From Planctomycetota bacterium (GTDB taxonomy: Bacteria > Planctomycetota > UBA1135 > UBA2386), in assembly GCA_965223545.1 (NCBI GenBank), contig OZ245006.1, positions 7,933,713-7,997,712 on the forward strand: a stretch of DNA of 64,000 nucleotides, written 5' to 3'. The notes beneath the pieces are model-generated. The model searched no databases, was not told where the DNA came from, and saw only the letters and a list, made by a program, of their open reading frames with translations. The translations under genes were made by a program, and so were the position numbers. Positions 46,401 to 55,700 of this stretch are shown here, one piece after another; positions within the stretch are counted from its first letter, which is position 1, and each line of letters starts with the position of its first letter.

Positions 46401-47067
46401 CCTGGAGATCCTGAGGCGCGCGGGCATACCACTGGTTGCCGGCGGCGACGGTCCGCCGGTGTTCCTCCGCCACGGCGTCGATGCGTCGGCCGACGCGTCC
46501 TACGGTCTGCGGCTGCCGTGGATCGCCGTGCCCCCTGCTTTGTCGCCCGAACCCGGCTGGCCACTGCTGCAGGCCGCGCGCGACGCGCGCGGCAACCCGT
46601 TCACGCTGTTGGCGAGCGGCCACCCGCGTCCGGTGCGGCCGGAGGACGACGCGGCCGATGCGGTCGGCCACCGTCGCGGTGCGGGGCATGCCGAGCTCTG
46701 GTGCGACGTCACCCGACGCCGCGTCGCGATCGACTGCTGGCGTCTGGCGTATGACCGCGACGAGCCCGCCGACGATGCCCAGCCGTCCGGCTGGCCGGTG
46801 TCGTTCGCGGCCACCGACAACGACGCCCGTTCCGGCGCGGTGCGACTCCCGCCGATCACGGTGAGTGGCGCGCGGCGCCCGGTGGTGGAGGTGTTCGATG
46901 GCGATCGCCTGTGGTCGACCGGGCCGCTGCCGGCCGACGGTCGGGTCACGGCCCCGCGCGCCACCGGCCGCTACCGCGTGGTGGTGACCGATGCCGACCG
47001 CGGCGCCCGCGAGGAGCTGACGCTGGAACCCGGCGGTCCGGCGGCGTCGGTCGTGCTGCACCCCTGA
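43402..47067 (+). CDS. Sulfatase-fold protein lacking the Cys/Ser nucleophile, with a ~750-aa C-terminal extension
   Basis: 1221 aa from the ATG at 43402. Signal LLRRAVRSLVCLTIASWAPAQ. Sulfatase N-terminus PNIVLIVIDDLGAHDLGC, but the signature reads AVGSPSRAALLTGRHP (Gly where Cys/Ser is expected). The C-terminal part has a ConA-like segment and a segment faintly PhoD/metallophosphatase-like (HRYRVVAV, LVHVAAVRGH, DPDVLLFAGGQIG). Confidence 0.8.
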   Translation: MVCLSMTSLLRRAVRSLVCLTIASWAPAQRPPNIVLIVIDDLGAHDLGCDGSSYHETPRIDGLAREGVRCTQAYAASAVGSPSRAALLTGRHPARYGMTEMLRSGSLAARRAAALRRQPAGETQREGAATRTPRGAAWLPLAEVTVAEQLAAWGYATGHVGKWHLGIDDFGPRAQGFAWSVGSSPYDRPPSYTAPYQRNRIKGLEGLEDAPQGEYLTTREAAEAVGFIERQGAEPFFLYLAHHAVHLPLSAEPARVPAFRAKPTGYQRQPEYAAMLASVDAAVGAVLDALDRGGLTRDTLVWLTSDNGGVVHAPATSNHPLRAGKGYPYEGGVRVPLVVRYPARLPAGAVCEQVVSGLDFAPTVAALVGAADSGGEAIPAMDGVDAMPWLAGAPATGPRTLLWHFPHELRGGRIGPYAALRSGPWKLVRWFESGRRELYDLTADPGERFDRDDPAAPSARLDAALEAALAAVGARLPTPVVATPAVERPPPPASAGEFRAGWDEGVDRAWVGAAYWAQPLHDWRLRAGRVEVLDPAPNRGLHLLTHWLADGAQAPFECEVEIGRLHGGRGNAGFAVGVRGGRDYRSAAVRGAGMFFGVSSDGRLFLDTPVGAAPNPAVAALAQMQLRLRAEPDDGRFSVRLSVHAAAGAEAIASAEFLVPRVHVGGGLALINNYRLPGRRSGAFEARHWFGDWVVRGEAVREDPSRAYGPLWFTQHSVDRGVLRLSAQLAPAAGVGEAELWLDDGAGWQLAQSASVDPVAANAVFQVPDFDATTRHRYRVVAVGAASADALEGSVRPPKEAGLVHVAAVRGHAERTFPHGALVDNLREADPDVLLFAGGQIGPRPLPEAGEERMVAAYLGRLGVFGWAFGDLLRDRLSLMLLDPHGGPSPRVGRGGGAGAALDLVVRRTLAGHLPTPTAAAGGERYRAVAYGGVGFALLDFGDGTAPELVSDPQLEFLRGWSRDWRGVELKIACAPQLLAAMPSGANATAPWPRAQRDEILEILRRAGIPLVAGGDGPPVFLRHGVDASADASYGLRLPWIAVPPALSPEPGWPLLQAARDARGNPFTLLASGHPRPVRPEDDAADAVGHRRGAGHAELWCDVTRRRVAIDCWRLAYDRDEPADDAQPSGWPVSFAATDNDARSGAVRLPPITVSGARRPVVEVFDGDRLWSTGPLPADGRVTAPRATGRYRVVVTDADRGAREELTLEPGGPAASVVLHP

Positions 47068-47088
47068 CGCCCGCGGTCTTCCTCCTGG

Positions 47089-48366
47089 TCACACCAACTT
47101 GGTGTCGCCCGGCCGCGCCACCGATGGGGGTGGCAGCGCGCCGTCCATCGACAGGTCGGCCGGCATCAGGTCGAGGGTGGACTCGTTGGCGACGAAGTCC
47201 CAAGTCACGCGTTCGCCGGTGTAGGCCGCGAGCCGGCCCATGACCGCGGTCAACGAGCTCGCCGCCATCTCCTCGGCTTCGACGATCGGCTTGCCGGCGC
47301 GGATCGACGCGATCAAGTGCTCGTGCTCGGTGACGTAGGCGTTGGGCTCGTACCGCGTCTTCAACAGCCGCTCGCCGCCGTGCGTGGTGATCGTGGTGGT
47401 GCCGAACGGCGCGATCACCGCGATGCCCTTGGTGCCGACGATGCGGTTGCTGGTCTCGGCCGCGCCGGGCTGCTGGCGGCACATGAACGACAGAGTCGCG
47501 CCGGTGCCGTACTCGTAGTCGACCGAGGTGCAGTCGTAGATCTCACTGTCGGCGGGCCTGAGGCGTTGGCCGCCCGCGCCGAACGCCGACACCGGCGGGC
47601 CGCCCATGGCCCAGTTGATGGCGTCGATGTTGTGCACGGCCTGCTCGACGATCTGGTCGCCGCAGAGCCAGACGAAGTGGTACCAGTTCCTGAGCTGGTA
47701 GGCGACGTCGCTCTCGCCCTCCTCGCGGGCGTGGTACCAGATGCCGCCCGAGCAGTACCGCGCCTGGGCGAACAGCACGTCGCCGATCGCGCCCTCGTGG
47801 ATCGCCTCGATGCCCTCGGTGTAGTTGTTGGCGCGCCGGAACTGGGTGCCGGTGACGATGGCGAGTCCCTTCTTGCGCGCGATCGCGGCGGAGGCCAGGA
47901 TCGAGCGGTAGCCGGCGGGGTCGACACAGGCGGGCTTCTCGATGAACGAGTGCTTGCCGGCGGCGACCGCCGCGGCGAGGTGCAGCGGCCGGAAGCCGGG
48001 TGCGGTGGCGTGCAGCACGAGGTCGACGTCGGGGTGCTCGATCAGCCGCTGGTACGCGTCGAGACCGCCGAAGATGGCCTCGTCGGCGACGTCGACGTGG
48101 GACTCGAACGCGCCGTCCTCGGTGGCGCGCAGCGCGTCGCGGGCGCCACGCGCCTTGTCGAGGAAGGCGTCGGCCAGCGCGACCAGCCGCACGCCCTCGC
48201 TCGAGCGGATCGACTGCAGCGCCGCGCCCTTGCCGCGCCCGCCGCAGCCGATCAGGCCGATGCGGATCTCGTCGTTCCCGGCATGCGCTCGGGTTCGGGG
48301 GGCGACGCTGACCGCGGCGGCGGCGGCGCTGCGGGAGAGGAAGACGCGGCGATCGACCTTGGTCAT
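47089..48366 (-). CDS. Tat-exported Gfo/Idh/MocA family oxidoreductase
   Basis: 425 aa. Twin-arginine signal MTKVDRRVFLSRSAAAAAV. Rossmann motif IRIGLIGCGGRGKGA. Typical Gfo/Idh/MocA length. Confidence 0.9.
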   Translation of the reverse strand: MTKVDRRVFLSRSAAAAAVSVAPRTRAHAGNDEIRIGLIGCGGRGKGAALQSIRSSEGVRLVALADAFLDKARGARDALRATEDGAFESHVDVADEAIFGGLDAYQRLIEHPDVDLVLHATAPGFRPLHLAAAVAAGKHSFIEKPACVDPAGYRSILASAAIARKKGLAIVTGTQFRRANNYTEGIEAIHEGAIGDVLFAQARYCSGGIWYHAREEGESDVAYQLRNWYHFVWLCGDQIVEQAVHNIDAINWAMGGPPVSAFGAGGQRLRPADSEIYDCTSVDYEYGTGATLSFMCRQQPGAAETSNRIVGTKGIAVIAPFGTTTITTHGGERLLKTRYEPNAYVTEHEHLIASIRAGKPIVEAEEMAASSLTAVMGRLAAYTGERVTWDFVANESTLDLMPADLSMDGALPPPSVARPGDTKLV

Positions 48367-48421
48367 GACGGTCAGAGAGCGTAGCGCTCCGATCGCCGAG
48401 CGCCGAGTCCTTCGCCGTCGT

Positions 48422-49765
48422 CTACTTGGTCTCGTCGATCCAGGGCTGCCAGGCGTCGGCGGCGCGGTCGTTGCCCATGTCGCGCAGCAGCTCGATGCCG
48501 CGCGCCATCACTTCGCGCGCGACCGAGCTGACGTTCTCCCGGCGGCCGCGCGCCAGGCAATAGCCCTGGTCGATCAGGCACTGGGCCTGCTTGGCCACGG
48601 CCTGGATACCGCCGTAGCGCTGCGCCGCGATCTGGTACGAAGCCGCCGCCAAAGACCAGTCGCCGTCCGGGTTGCGGTTGGGCTGCAGGCTCCAGGCGAG
48701 CCAGTGCCGAAACTTGGCTTCCTCGGCGTTGGCTTCGACCCGCGCGCACAGCTTGGCGGCGGTCTCGTAGGCGGTCACCGCCTTCTGCCAGCTGCCGTTG
48801 GGGTTGCGACCCGGAATCTGCCAGTGCGCGAGCAGACCGAAGCACTCCGCTTGGCTCAGGACCTCGCCGGCGCGGTCGAACAGCCGGGCCGCGCGGGCGA
48901 ACAGCGTGCAGGCGCGCTCTACCTTCGGCTGCGGGTTGCGGTCGTCGACGAGGATCTCGCCCATGGCGCGCAGGCTCGCCGCGTGGTCGGCGTGGGCGCC
49001 GGCGGCGCCGCTGAGCTCGGCCGCTTCGCTGTAGGAGAGCAGCGCCGTGCGCAGGTCGCCGTGATCGCGCTTGTGGTGGCAGTGCGCGAGGGCGCGCAGT
49101 GACTCGGCCAGCTCGACCGCGGGCACCTTGCCTTCGCGAGCCACTTCGAGAGCGCGTGCGTTGATCTGCAGGGCGGCGTCCCAATCGCCTTCGGGGTTCT
49201 GCGCGGTCGGCGTGACGCACCACGCCGCCCAGTGGAGGGCGGTGCGCAGCTCGCGTTGGTTGCCGAGCTGGCGGAACAAGTCCGCGCTCTGCTCGTGCAG
49301 GGTCTTGGCCTCCTGCCAATCGCCGGCGGGGTCGCGGTCGCGCTGGCGGCAGAGGGCCAGCTCGCGCAACGCCAGCGCGCGCGCCAAGACGTCGCCGATC
49401 TGCTCGCGCAGGTCGATCGCGGTGCGCAGCAGCGTGGTGGTCTGTCGCCAGCTGCCGGCGGGGTTGGCGCCGGGCCGCGTGCAGCGCGCCGCGAGCTCGA
49501 GGCTGGCGGCGGCGCCCCTCGCGTCACCGTAGGTGTCGAACACCAGACGGGCCCGCTCGAGCTCGACTACGGCACCCTGTAGATCGCCCTCTTCTTGCGC
49601 GCGCTGGCCGCGCTCGAACAGCCATTGGCCCAGAGTGGGGAGCTGCGAGTAGCCTGCGAGCCCGAGCCCGCCGGCGACCACCAGGCCGGTGATCAAGGCG
49701 GGCATCTTCGAGCGCTTTCGCCGCAACAAATGGGGTGGCGTCCAGGTTCGGGCGGCCGGAGTCAC
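48422..49765 (-). CDS. Membrane-anchored helical-repeat protein (TPR/Sel1-like, NPxGxW repeats)
   Basis: 447 aa. Basic N-terminus and one TM (MPALITGLVVAGGLGLAGY). At least five ~42-aa repeats marked by ANPAGSW, RDPAGDW, QNPEGDW, RNPNGSW and RNPDGDW, plus degenerate copies. Confidence 0.65.
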   Translation of the reverse strand: MTPAARTWTPPHLLRRKRSKMPALITGLVVAGGLGLAGYSQLPTLGQWLFERGQRAQEEGDLQGAVVELERARLVFDTYGDARGAAASLELAARCTRPGANPAGSWRQTTTLLRTAIDLREQIGDVLARALALRELALCRQRDRDPAGDWQEAKTLHEQSADLFRQLGNQRELRTALHWAAWCVTPTAQNPEGDWDAALQINARALEVAREGKVPAVELAESLRALAHCHHKRDHGDLRTALLSYSEAAELSGAAGAHADHAASLRAMGEILVDDRNPQPKVERACTLFARAARLFDRAGEVLSQAECFGLLAHWQIPGRNPNGSWQKAVTAYETAAKLCARVEANAEEAKFRHWLAWSLQPNRNPDGDWSLAAASYQIAAQRYGGIQAVAKQAQCLIDQGYCLARGRRENVSSVAREVMARGIELLRDMGNDRAADAWQPWIDETK

Positions 49766-49856
49766 TTCCGCTTCATCGACGCGGCGCGAACACCGACTTG
49801 AGATCGAGGGGGCCCGTGGTGGCGAGCGCTGGGCACCGCGGCGCTATGGTGTCGGC

Positions 49857-52745
49857 ATGCGCAACACTGCCGGTTTTGTCACCGCCGCGCTGTGCGCCGC
49901 GGGCGTGGTCGCGGCCCAGAATCCCAGCGGCGTCCGCGTCGAGCAGGGAGCGGACGGAGTGCGGGTTTCGATCGATGACCAGCTGCTGACGGTCTACCGC
50001 CACCAGGGTTTTTCACGACCGATCCTGTATCCCCTGCACGGTCCCGGTGGCACCGTCGTGGTGCGGCATTGGCCGATGCGCGACGACGTCGAAGGCGAGC
50101 AGCGCGACCACGTCCACCAGCGGTCATTGTGGTTCGCGCACGGCGATGTCAACGGCGTCGACTTCTGGTCCGAAGGCGCCGCCGCGGGCCGCATCGAGCA
50201 CGTCGCCTTCGACCGCACCGAAGTGGTCGAGGACACGGGCATCATCGCAGCGCGCAACCGCTGGCTGGCGGCCGACGGCAGCGAGGTGTGCCGTGACCGG
50301 CGCGTGCTGCGGTTTCGTCCGGTCGATGGGGCCGTCGAGATCGACTACGACGTGACCCTCGAGACCAGCGCCGGTCCACTGCAGTTCGGCGACACCAAAG
50401 AAGGCACGATGGCGATCCGGCTGGCCAAGGAGCTGCGCTTGCGCGGCCCGGCGGCGGGCGGGCGTTGCATCACCAGCCGGGGACATGCCGACGCGTCAGC
50501 CTGGGGCAAGCGCGCGGAGTGGGTCGACTACTGGGGCGCCGTCGACGGGCACGTGGTCGGGGTGGCGTTGATGGCACACCCGGACAACCACGCGCACCCC
50601 ACCTGGTGGCATGCCCGGGACTACGGATTGCTTGCGGCCAACCCGTTCGGTGCGCACGACTTCGAGGGCGCTCCGCCGGGTACCGGCGCGCTGCGCTTGG
50701 CGCCTGGCGAGCGCCTGACCCTGCGCTATCGCTTCGTGCTGCATCGCGGCGACGCCGTCGACGCGGGCATCGCGGCTCGCTACGAGAGGTATGCCGCCGT
50801 CACACGCATGCTCGAGCGACGCTGGGAGTTCGACGGTCCGGCGCGCCTGGCACAGTGGAGGCTGTCGGACGACGCGGCGTGGCGGGTGCGCGATGGAAGC
50901 CTCGAGCTCCACGCCGCGAGCAGCTACTCCCCGCCGGTGCGTTCGCCCCGCGCGCTGGCCCTGGCCGACGTGCGGGTCGGCGACTTCGAGCTGGATGTGG
51001 TGGCGCAGCAGACCGGCCGCGAATACCCACACCGCGATCTCTGCATCGTGTTCGGCGTGCAGAGCCCGAGCCGCTACTACTACGCGCACCTGGCGTCGGC
51101 CGCCGACGCGCACGCGCACAACGTGTTCTTGGTCGATGGCGCCGACCGAAGAGCGATCGGAACCGCACACACCGACGGTGTCGATTGGGGCGCAGGCTGG
51201 CACCGGGTCCGGTTGCGTCGATCGGTGACCGATGGTCGGATCGAGGTCTACTTCGACGACATGCAGCGCCCGGTGATCACCGCGACCGACCACACCTTTG
51301 CCGACGGGGCTCTGGGCGTGGGCTCGTTCGACGACACCGGGCGGTTCAAGGACATCGTGCTGCGTGCTCCACGGCTGGAGGAAGCCCCGGCACCGCGGTT
51401 TCGCGCACCCCCCAACGTGGTCTTGATCATGGCCGACGACCTCGGCTACGCCGAGCTCGGCTGCTACGGACAGGAGCGCATTGCAACCCCGCACATCGAC
51501 CGGCTGGCGGCGCAGGGAATGCGGTTTACCCAGGCCTACTCGGGCGCGCCGGTGTGTGCACCGGCGCGGTGCGTGCTGCTCACCGGCCGGCACTCGGGCC
51601 ACGCCACCATCCGCGACAACTTCGAGCACAAGCCGGAGGGGCAGAAGCCGATCCGCGACGCCGACGTGACCCTCGCCGAGGTGCTGGCACCCGCCGGCTA
51701 TGCCAGCGGCGCGTTCGGCAAGTGGGGGCTCGGCTATCCGGGCAGCGAGGGCGATCCGCTGGCGCAGGGGTTCGACCGCTTCTACGGCTACAACTGCCAG
51801 CGCCACGCCCACAACTTCTATCCGCGCTACCTGTGGAGCGACGCCGAGCAGGTGCGGCTTGCGGGCAACGACCGCGGCGTCACCGGTGCGCAGTACTCGC
51901 ACGACTTGATCGAGGCCGAGGCACTGGAGTTCATCCGCGCGCACGCCGAGCGCCCGTTCTTCTGCTACGTGCCCTTCACCATTCCCCACCTGGCGCTGCA
52001 GGTGCCCGAGGCGTCGTTGGCCGAGTACGCGGGCCGCTGGCCGGAGACGCCGTACGAGGGGCGGAGCTACCTGCCGCACCCGACGCCCAAGGCGGCGTAC
52101 GCGGCGATGGTCAGCCACATGGACCGCAGCGTGGGCCGGCTGATGGAGCTGCTCGACGAGCTCGAGCTCGCCGACAACACGCTGGTCGTGTTCACCAGTG
52201 ACAACGGGGTGACCCACCTCAAGGGACAGGTCGACTACGAGTTCTTCCAGAGCTCCGGTCCGCTGCGGGGACTGAAGGGATCGGTCTACGAGGGCGGCAT
52301 TCGCGTGCCGTTGATCGCTCGCTGGCCGGGTGTGATCGAGGCGGGCGCCGAGACCGATCACGTCTGTGGATTCCAGGACGTGATGCCGACCCTCGCCGAT
52401 GTCGCCGGCGTCCCGCTGCAGGGCGAGTGCGATGGCATCAGCCTGCTGCCCACCCTCACCGGCGGCGAAGGACAAGGGCAGCACGACTACCTGATCTGGG
52501 ACTTTCCCGGCTATGGCGGACAGCTGGCCGTGCGCAAGGGCCGTTACAAGGCGGTGCGGCGCAACCTGCGCAAGGAGCCCGACGCCCCGCTCGAGCTGTA
52601 CGACTTGCAGAACGACATCGGCGAGCAGCAAGACCTCGCGGCCGAGTTGCCCGAGGTGGCCGCCGAGCTGGCGCGGCTGATGCGCGTCGGGCGCACCGAG
52701 CCGATGCACGAACGGTTCCGTTTCGGAGAATACGGTGACCGCTGA
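49857..52745 (+). CDS. Triple-domain secreted protein: PmoA-like (DUF6807) + ConA-like (DUF1080/LamG-like) + Cys-type sulfatase
   Basis: 962 aa from the ATG at 49857. Signal MRNTAGFVTAALCAAGVVAAQ. PmoA-like PILYPLHGPGG...RDHVHQRSLWFAHGDVNGVDFWSE. Middle domain GDFELDV...GALGVGSFDDTGRFKDIVLRA. Sulfatase PNVVLIMADDLGYAELGCYG with canonical CAPARCVLLTGRH (Cys codon 51555-51557). Confidence 0.85.
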   Translation: MRNTAGFVTAALCAAGVVAAQNPSGVRVEQGADGVRVSIDDQLLTVYRHQGFSRPILYPLHGPGGTVVVRHWPMRDDVEGEQRDHVHQRSLWFAHGDVNGVDFWSEGAAAGRIEHVAFDRTEVVEDTGIIAARNRWLAADGSEVCRDRRVLRFRPVDGAVEIDYDVTLETSAGPLQFGDTKEGTMAIRLAKELRLRGPAAGGRCITSRGHADASAWGKRAEWVDYWGAVDGHVVGVALMAHPDNHAHPTWWHARDYGLLAANPFGAHDFEGAPPGTGALRLAPGERLTLRYRFVLHRGDAVDAGIAARYERYAAVTRMLERRWEFDGPARLAQWRLSDDAAWRVRDGSLELHAASSYSPPVRSPRALALADVRVGDFELDVVAQQTGREYPHRDLCIVFGVQSPSRYYYAHLASAADAHAHNVFLVDGADRRAIGTAHTDGVDWGAGWHRVRLRRSVTDGRIEVYFDDMQRPVITATDHTFADGALGVGSFDDTGRFKDIVLRAPRLEEAPAPRFRAPPNVVLIMADDLGYAELGCYGQERIATPHIDRLAAQGMRFTQAYSGAPVCAPARCVLLTGRHSGHATIRDNFEHKPEGQKPIRDADVTLAEVLAPAGYASGAFGKWGLGYPGSEGDPLAQGFDRFYGYNCQRHAHNFYPRYLWSDAEQVRLAGNDRGVTGAQYSHDLIEAEALEFIRAHAERPFFCYVPFTIPHLALQVPEASLAEYAGRWPETPYEGRSYLPHPTPKAAYAAMVSHMDRSVGRLMELLDELELADNTLVVFTSDNGVTHLKGQVDYEFFQSSGPLRGLKGSVYEGGIRVPLIARWPGVIEAGAETDHVCGFQDVMPTLADVAGVPLQGECDGISLLPTLTGGEGQGQHDYLIWDFPGYGGQLAVRKGRYKAVRRNLRKEPDAPLELYDLQNDIGEQQDLAAELPEVAAELARLMRVGRTEPMHERFRFGEYGDR

Positions 52746-55700
52746 GGTCGCGCCGGCCAAGCCCGTGTTCCGAGTCCGGGCGTGGCTGCTCGCCGGCGCG
52801 CTGGCGTGCGGTGCCTGCCAGCGGCAACCGCCGCCTTTGGTCAGCGAGCCGTTGCGGCCGCTCGCCGGACAAGGTGAGCGGCGGTTCGTGCGGCTGGATC
52901 CGGACGCCACGGGCTTGCGTTTCGTCAACGAGCTCTTGCCGGAGAACGCATACCCCTACCTGAACAACGGCGCCGGCGTCGCGGTCGGCGACGTCGATGG
53001 TGACGGCCGCCCCGACGTCTATCTGGTCTCGCGCGATGGCCGCAACGCGCTGTTCCTGCAGCGCGCGCCGTTCGAGTTCGTCGACGCCACCGAGCGCGCC
53101 GGCGTCGACGGCGGGGCCGCATGGGGATCGGGTGCGTCGTTCGTCGACATCGACGGCGACGGCGACCTCGATCTGTACGTGTGCAACACCGAGTCGCCCA
53201 ACCTGCTGTACGTCAACCGCGGCGATGGGCAGTTCGACGAACGGGCGGCCGAGTTCGGCCTCGATCTGGTGGCCGCGTGTCAGATGGCGACGTTCGCGGA
53301 CTACGACCGCGACGGTGACCTCGACGTGTACATCGTGACCAACCGCGTCTTCGCCGGGGATCTGCCGGCCGAGATCGTCGCCGATGTGCGCGTGCCGGCC
53401 GCCGTGACCAAGACCGCCGCCGAGATGTTCGGCTCGACCGATGGCGTCGTGCTGGCGGATGGGGAATGGCGGATTCCCGAGGCGGCGCGGAGCCACGTGT
53501 TCGCGATGCGCGACCAGCTGTACTTCGGTGGCCAGCGCGACCGCTTGATGCGCAACGACGGCGGCCGCTTCGTCGACGTCACCGCCGAAAGCGGCATCGC
53601 CGACCAGGGCATGGGGCTGTCGGCGACGTGGTGGGACTTCGATGGCGACGGCTGGCTCGATCTGTACGTGGCCAACGATCTGGAGTCGCCGGATCAGCTC
53701 TACCGCAACCTCGGCAGCGGGCTGTTCGAAGAAGTCGCCGCCCGCACCGTGCCGCACACCGCCTACTACGGGATGGGCTCGGATGCGGCCGACCTCGACA
53801 ACGACGGCCGCCTCGAGCTCATGGTGGCGGACATGTCCGCCACCTCGCACGAGAAGTCGAAGATGCTCATGGGGCCGATGGGCCGTCGCCGGTGGGTGCT
53901 GGAGAACGCACGTCCACCGCAGTACATGCGCAACGCGGTGTTCTGGAACAGCGGCACGCCACGGCTGCAAGAGATCGCGCATCTTGCCGGCTTGGCGAGC
54001 AGCGACTGGACCTGGGCAGTGCTGCTCGCCGACTGGGACCTCGACGGACACAACGACGTGTTCGTCACCAACGGCATCCCGCGCTTCGACATGAATCCCG
54101 ACAACGCGCTGCGCTTGGCCGGGGCTCCGCGTGCGCAGCAGGTGGCGTTCGCGCGGCGGATCGCCGCGCTGCCGGAACGCAACCTCGCGTTCCGCAACCT
54201 CGGCGACCTGCGCTTCGAGGACGTCGCCGAGGAGTGGGGGATCGACCACCGCGGCGTCAGTCAGGGCGCGGCCTACGGCGACATGGATCGCGACGGCGAT
54301 CTCGACCTGGTGGTCAACAACCTCAACGGCCACGCTTGGATCTACCGCAACGAGACCGTCGGTGCACACCGTCTGGTCGTCCGTTTGGCCGGCCGGGGCG
54401 GCAACTCGGCGGGCATCGGGGCGCGGGTCGTCTTGCGCACGGCGGGCGGCGTGCAGGTGCGCGAGGTGATGCCGGTGCGGGGTTACCTGTCGTCGTGCGA
54501 GCCGGCGGCGTTCTTCGGCTTGGGAACGGAGTCGCGGATCGAGCAGTTGGTCGTGTGCTGGCCGTCGGGGGTCGAGCAGAGCTTCGATGACGTACCGGTG
54601 GACCACGCGGTGACGGTCACCGAGCCGCCTCCGCCGCAAGTGCGGTCCGCGCCGGCGGCGGCGGCCGGCGCTGGGCAGCCACCGTGGTTTCGCGAGGAGG
54701 CAGCGCGCTTGGGCTTGCCGTTCGAACATCGAGAGCGGGCCTTCGACGACTATGCGTTGCAGCCGTTGCTGCCGCACCGGCTGTCGCGAGCAGGACCGGG
54801 AATCGCGGTCGCCGACGTCGATGGGGACGGCGCGGACGACGTGTGGGTGGGAGGGGCCGCTGGGCAGGGCGGTGCTCTCTATCTACACCGGGAAGGCGAG
54901 TACCGGCGGGTGGACGGTCCGTGGACGATGCACGGTGAGGCCGAGGACATGGGCGCGGTCTTCTTCGACGCCGATGCCGACGGTGCGCTCGACCTCTTCG
55001 TTGCCAGCGGGGGCATCGAGGCCGAGGCTGGCGCTGCCACCTACGCCGACCGGTTGTACTTGGGCGACGGCAGCGGTGGGTTTCGCGACGCCACCGAACG
55101 TGTGCCGGGCCCGTTCGCCTCGAGCTCCGCGGTGGCGGCGGCCGACTTCGACCGCGACGGCGACGTCGACCTGGCGGTCGGCGGGCGCGTGGTGCCGGGC
55201 CGCTATCCACATGCGCCGCCTTCTCGGCTGCTGCGCAACGATGGCGGTCGGTTCACCGTCCTCGAAGACGCGCACGCGCCGGGCCTGGCCGACGCCGGCA
55301 TGGTGACGGCGTTGCTGTGGGCGGATCTCGACGACGACGGCTGGTTGGACCTGATCGGCGCGGCGCACTGGCGGCCCCTGGTGTGGTGGCGGAACGCGGG
55401 CGATGGCGGGTCGTTGGCCGCAAGAGAGGCGCTGCCCGCGGGCACGGGCTGGTGGAACGCCGTCGCGGTGGGCGACCTGGACGCCGACGGCGACCTCGAC
55501 CTGGTCGCGACCAACAACGGCGAGAACAGCAAGTACCACGCCGACGACGACCATCCCGCCCTGTTGTACAGCGCCGACTTCGACGGCAACGGGGTCCTCG
55601 ACGTGATCGAAGCCAAGCTGCGCGGTGACGAGCAGCTGCCGGTGCGGGGCCGCAGCTGCAGCAGTGCGGCGATGCCGTTCGTCGCCGAGCGCTTTCCCAC

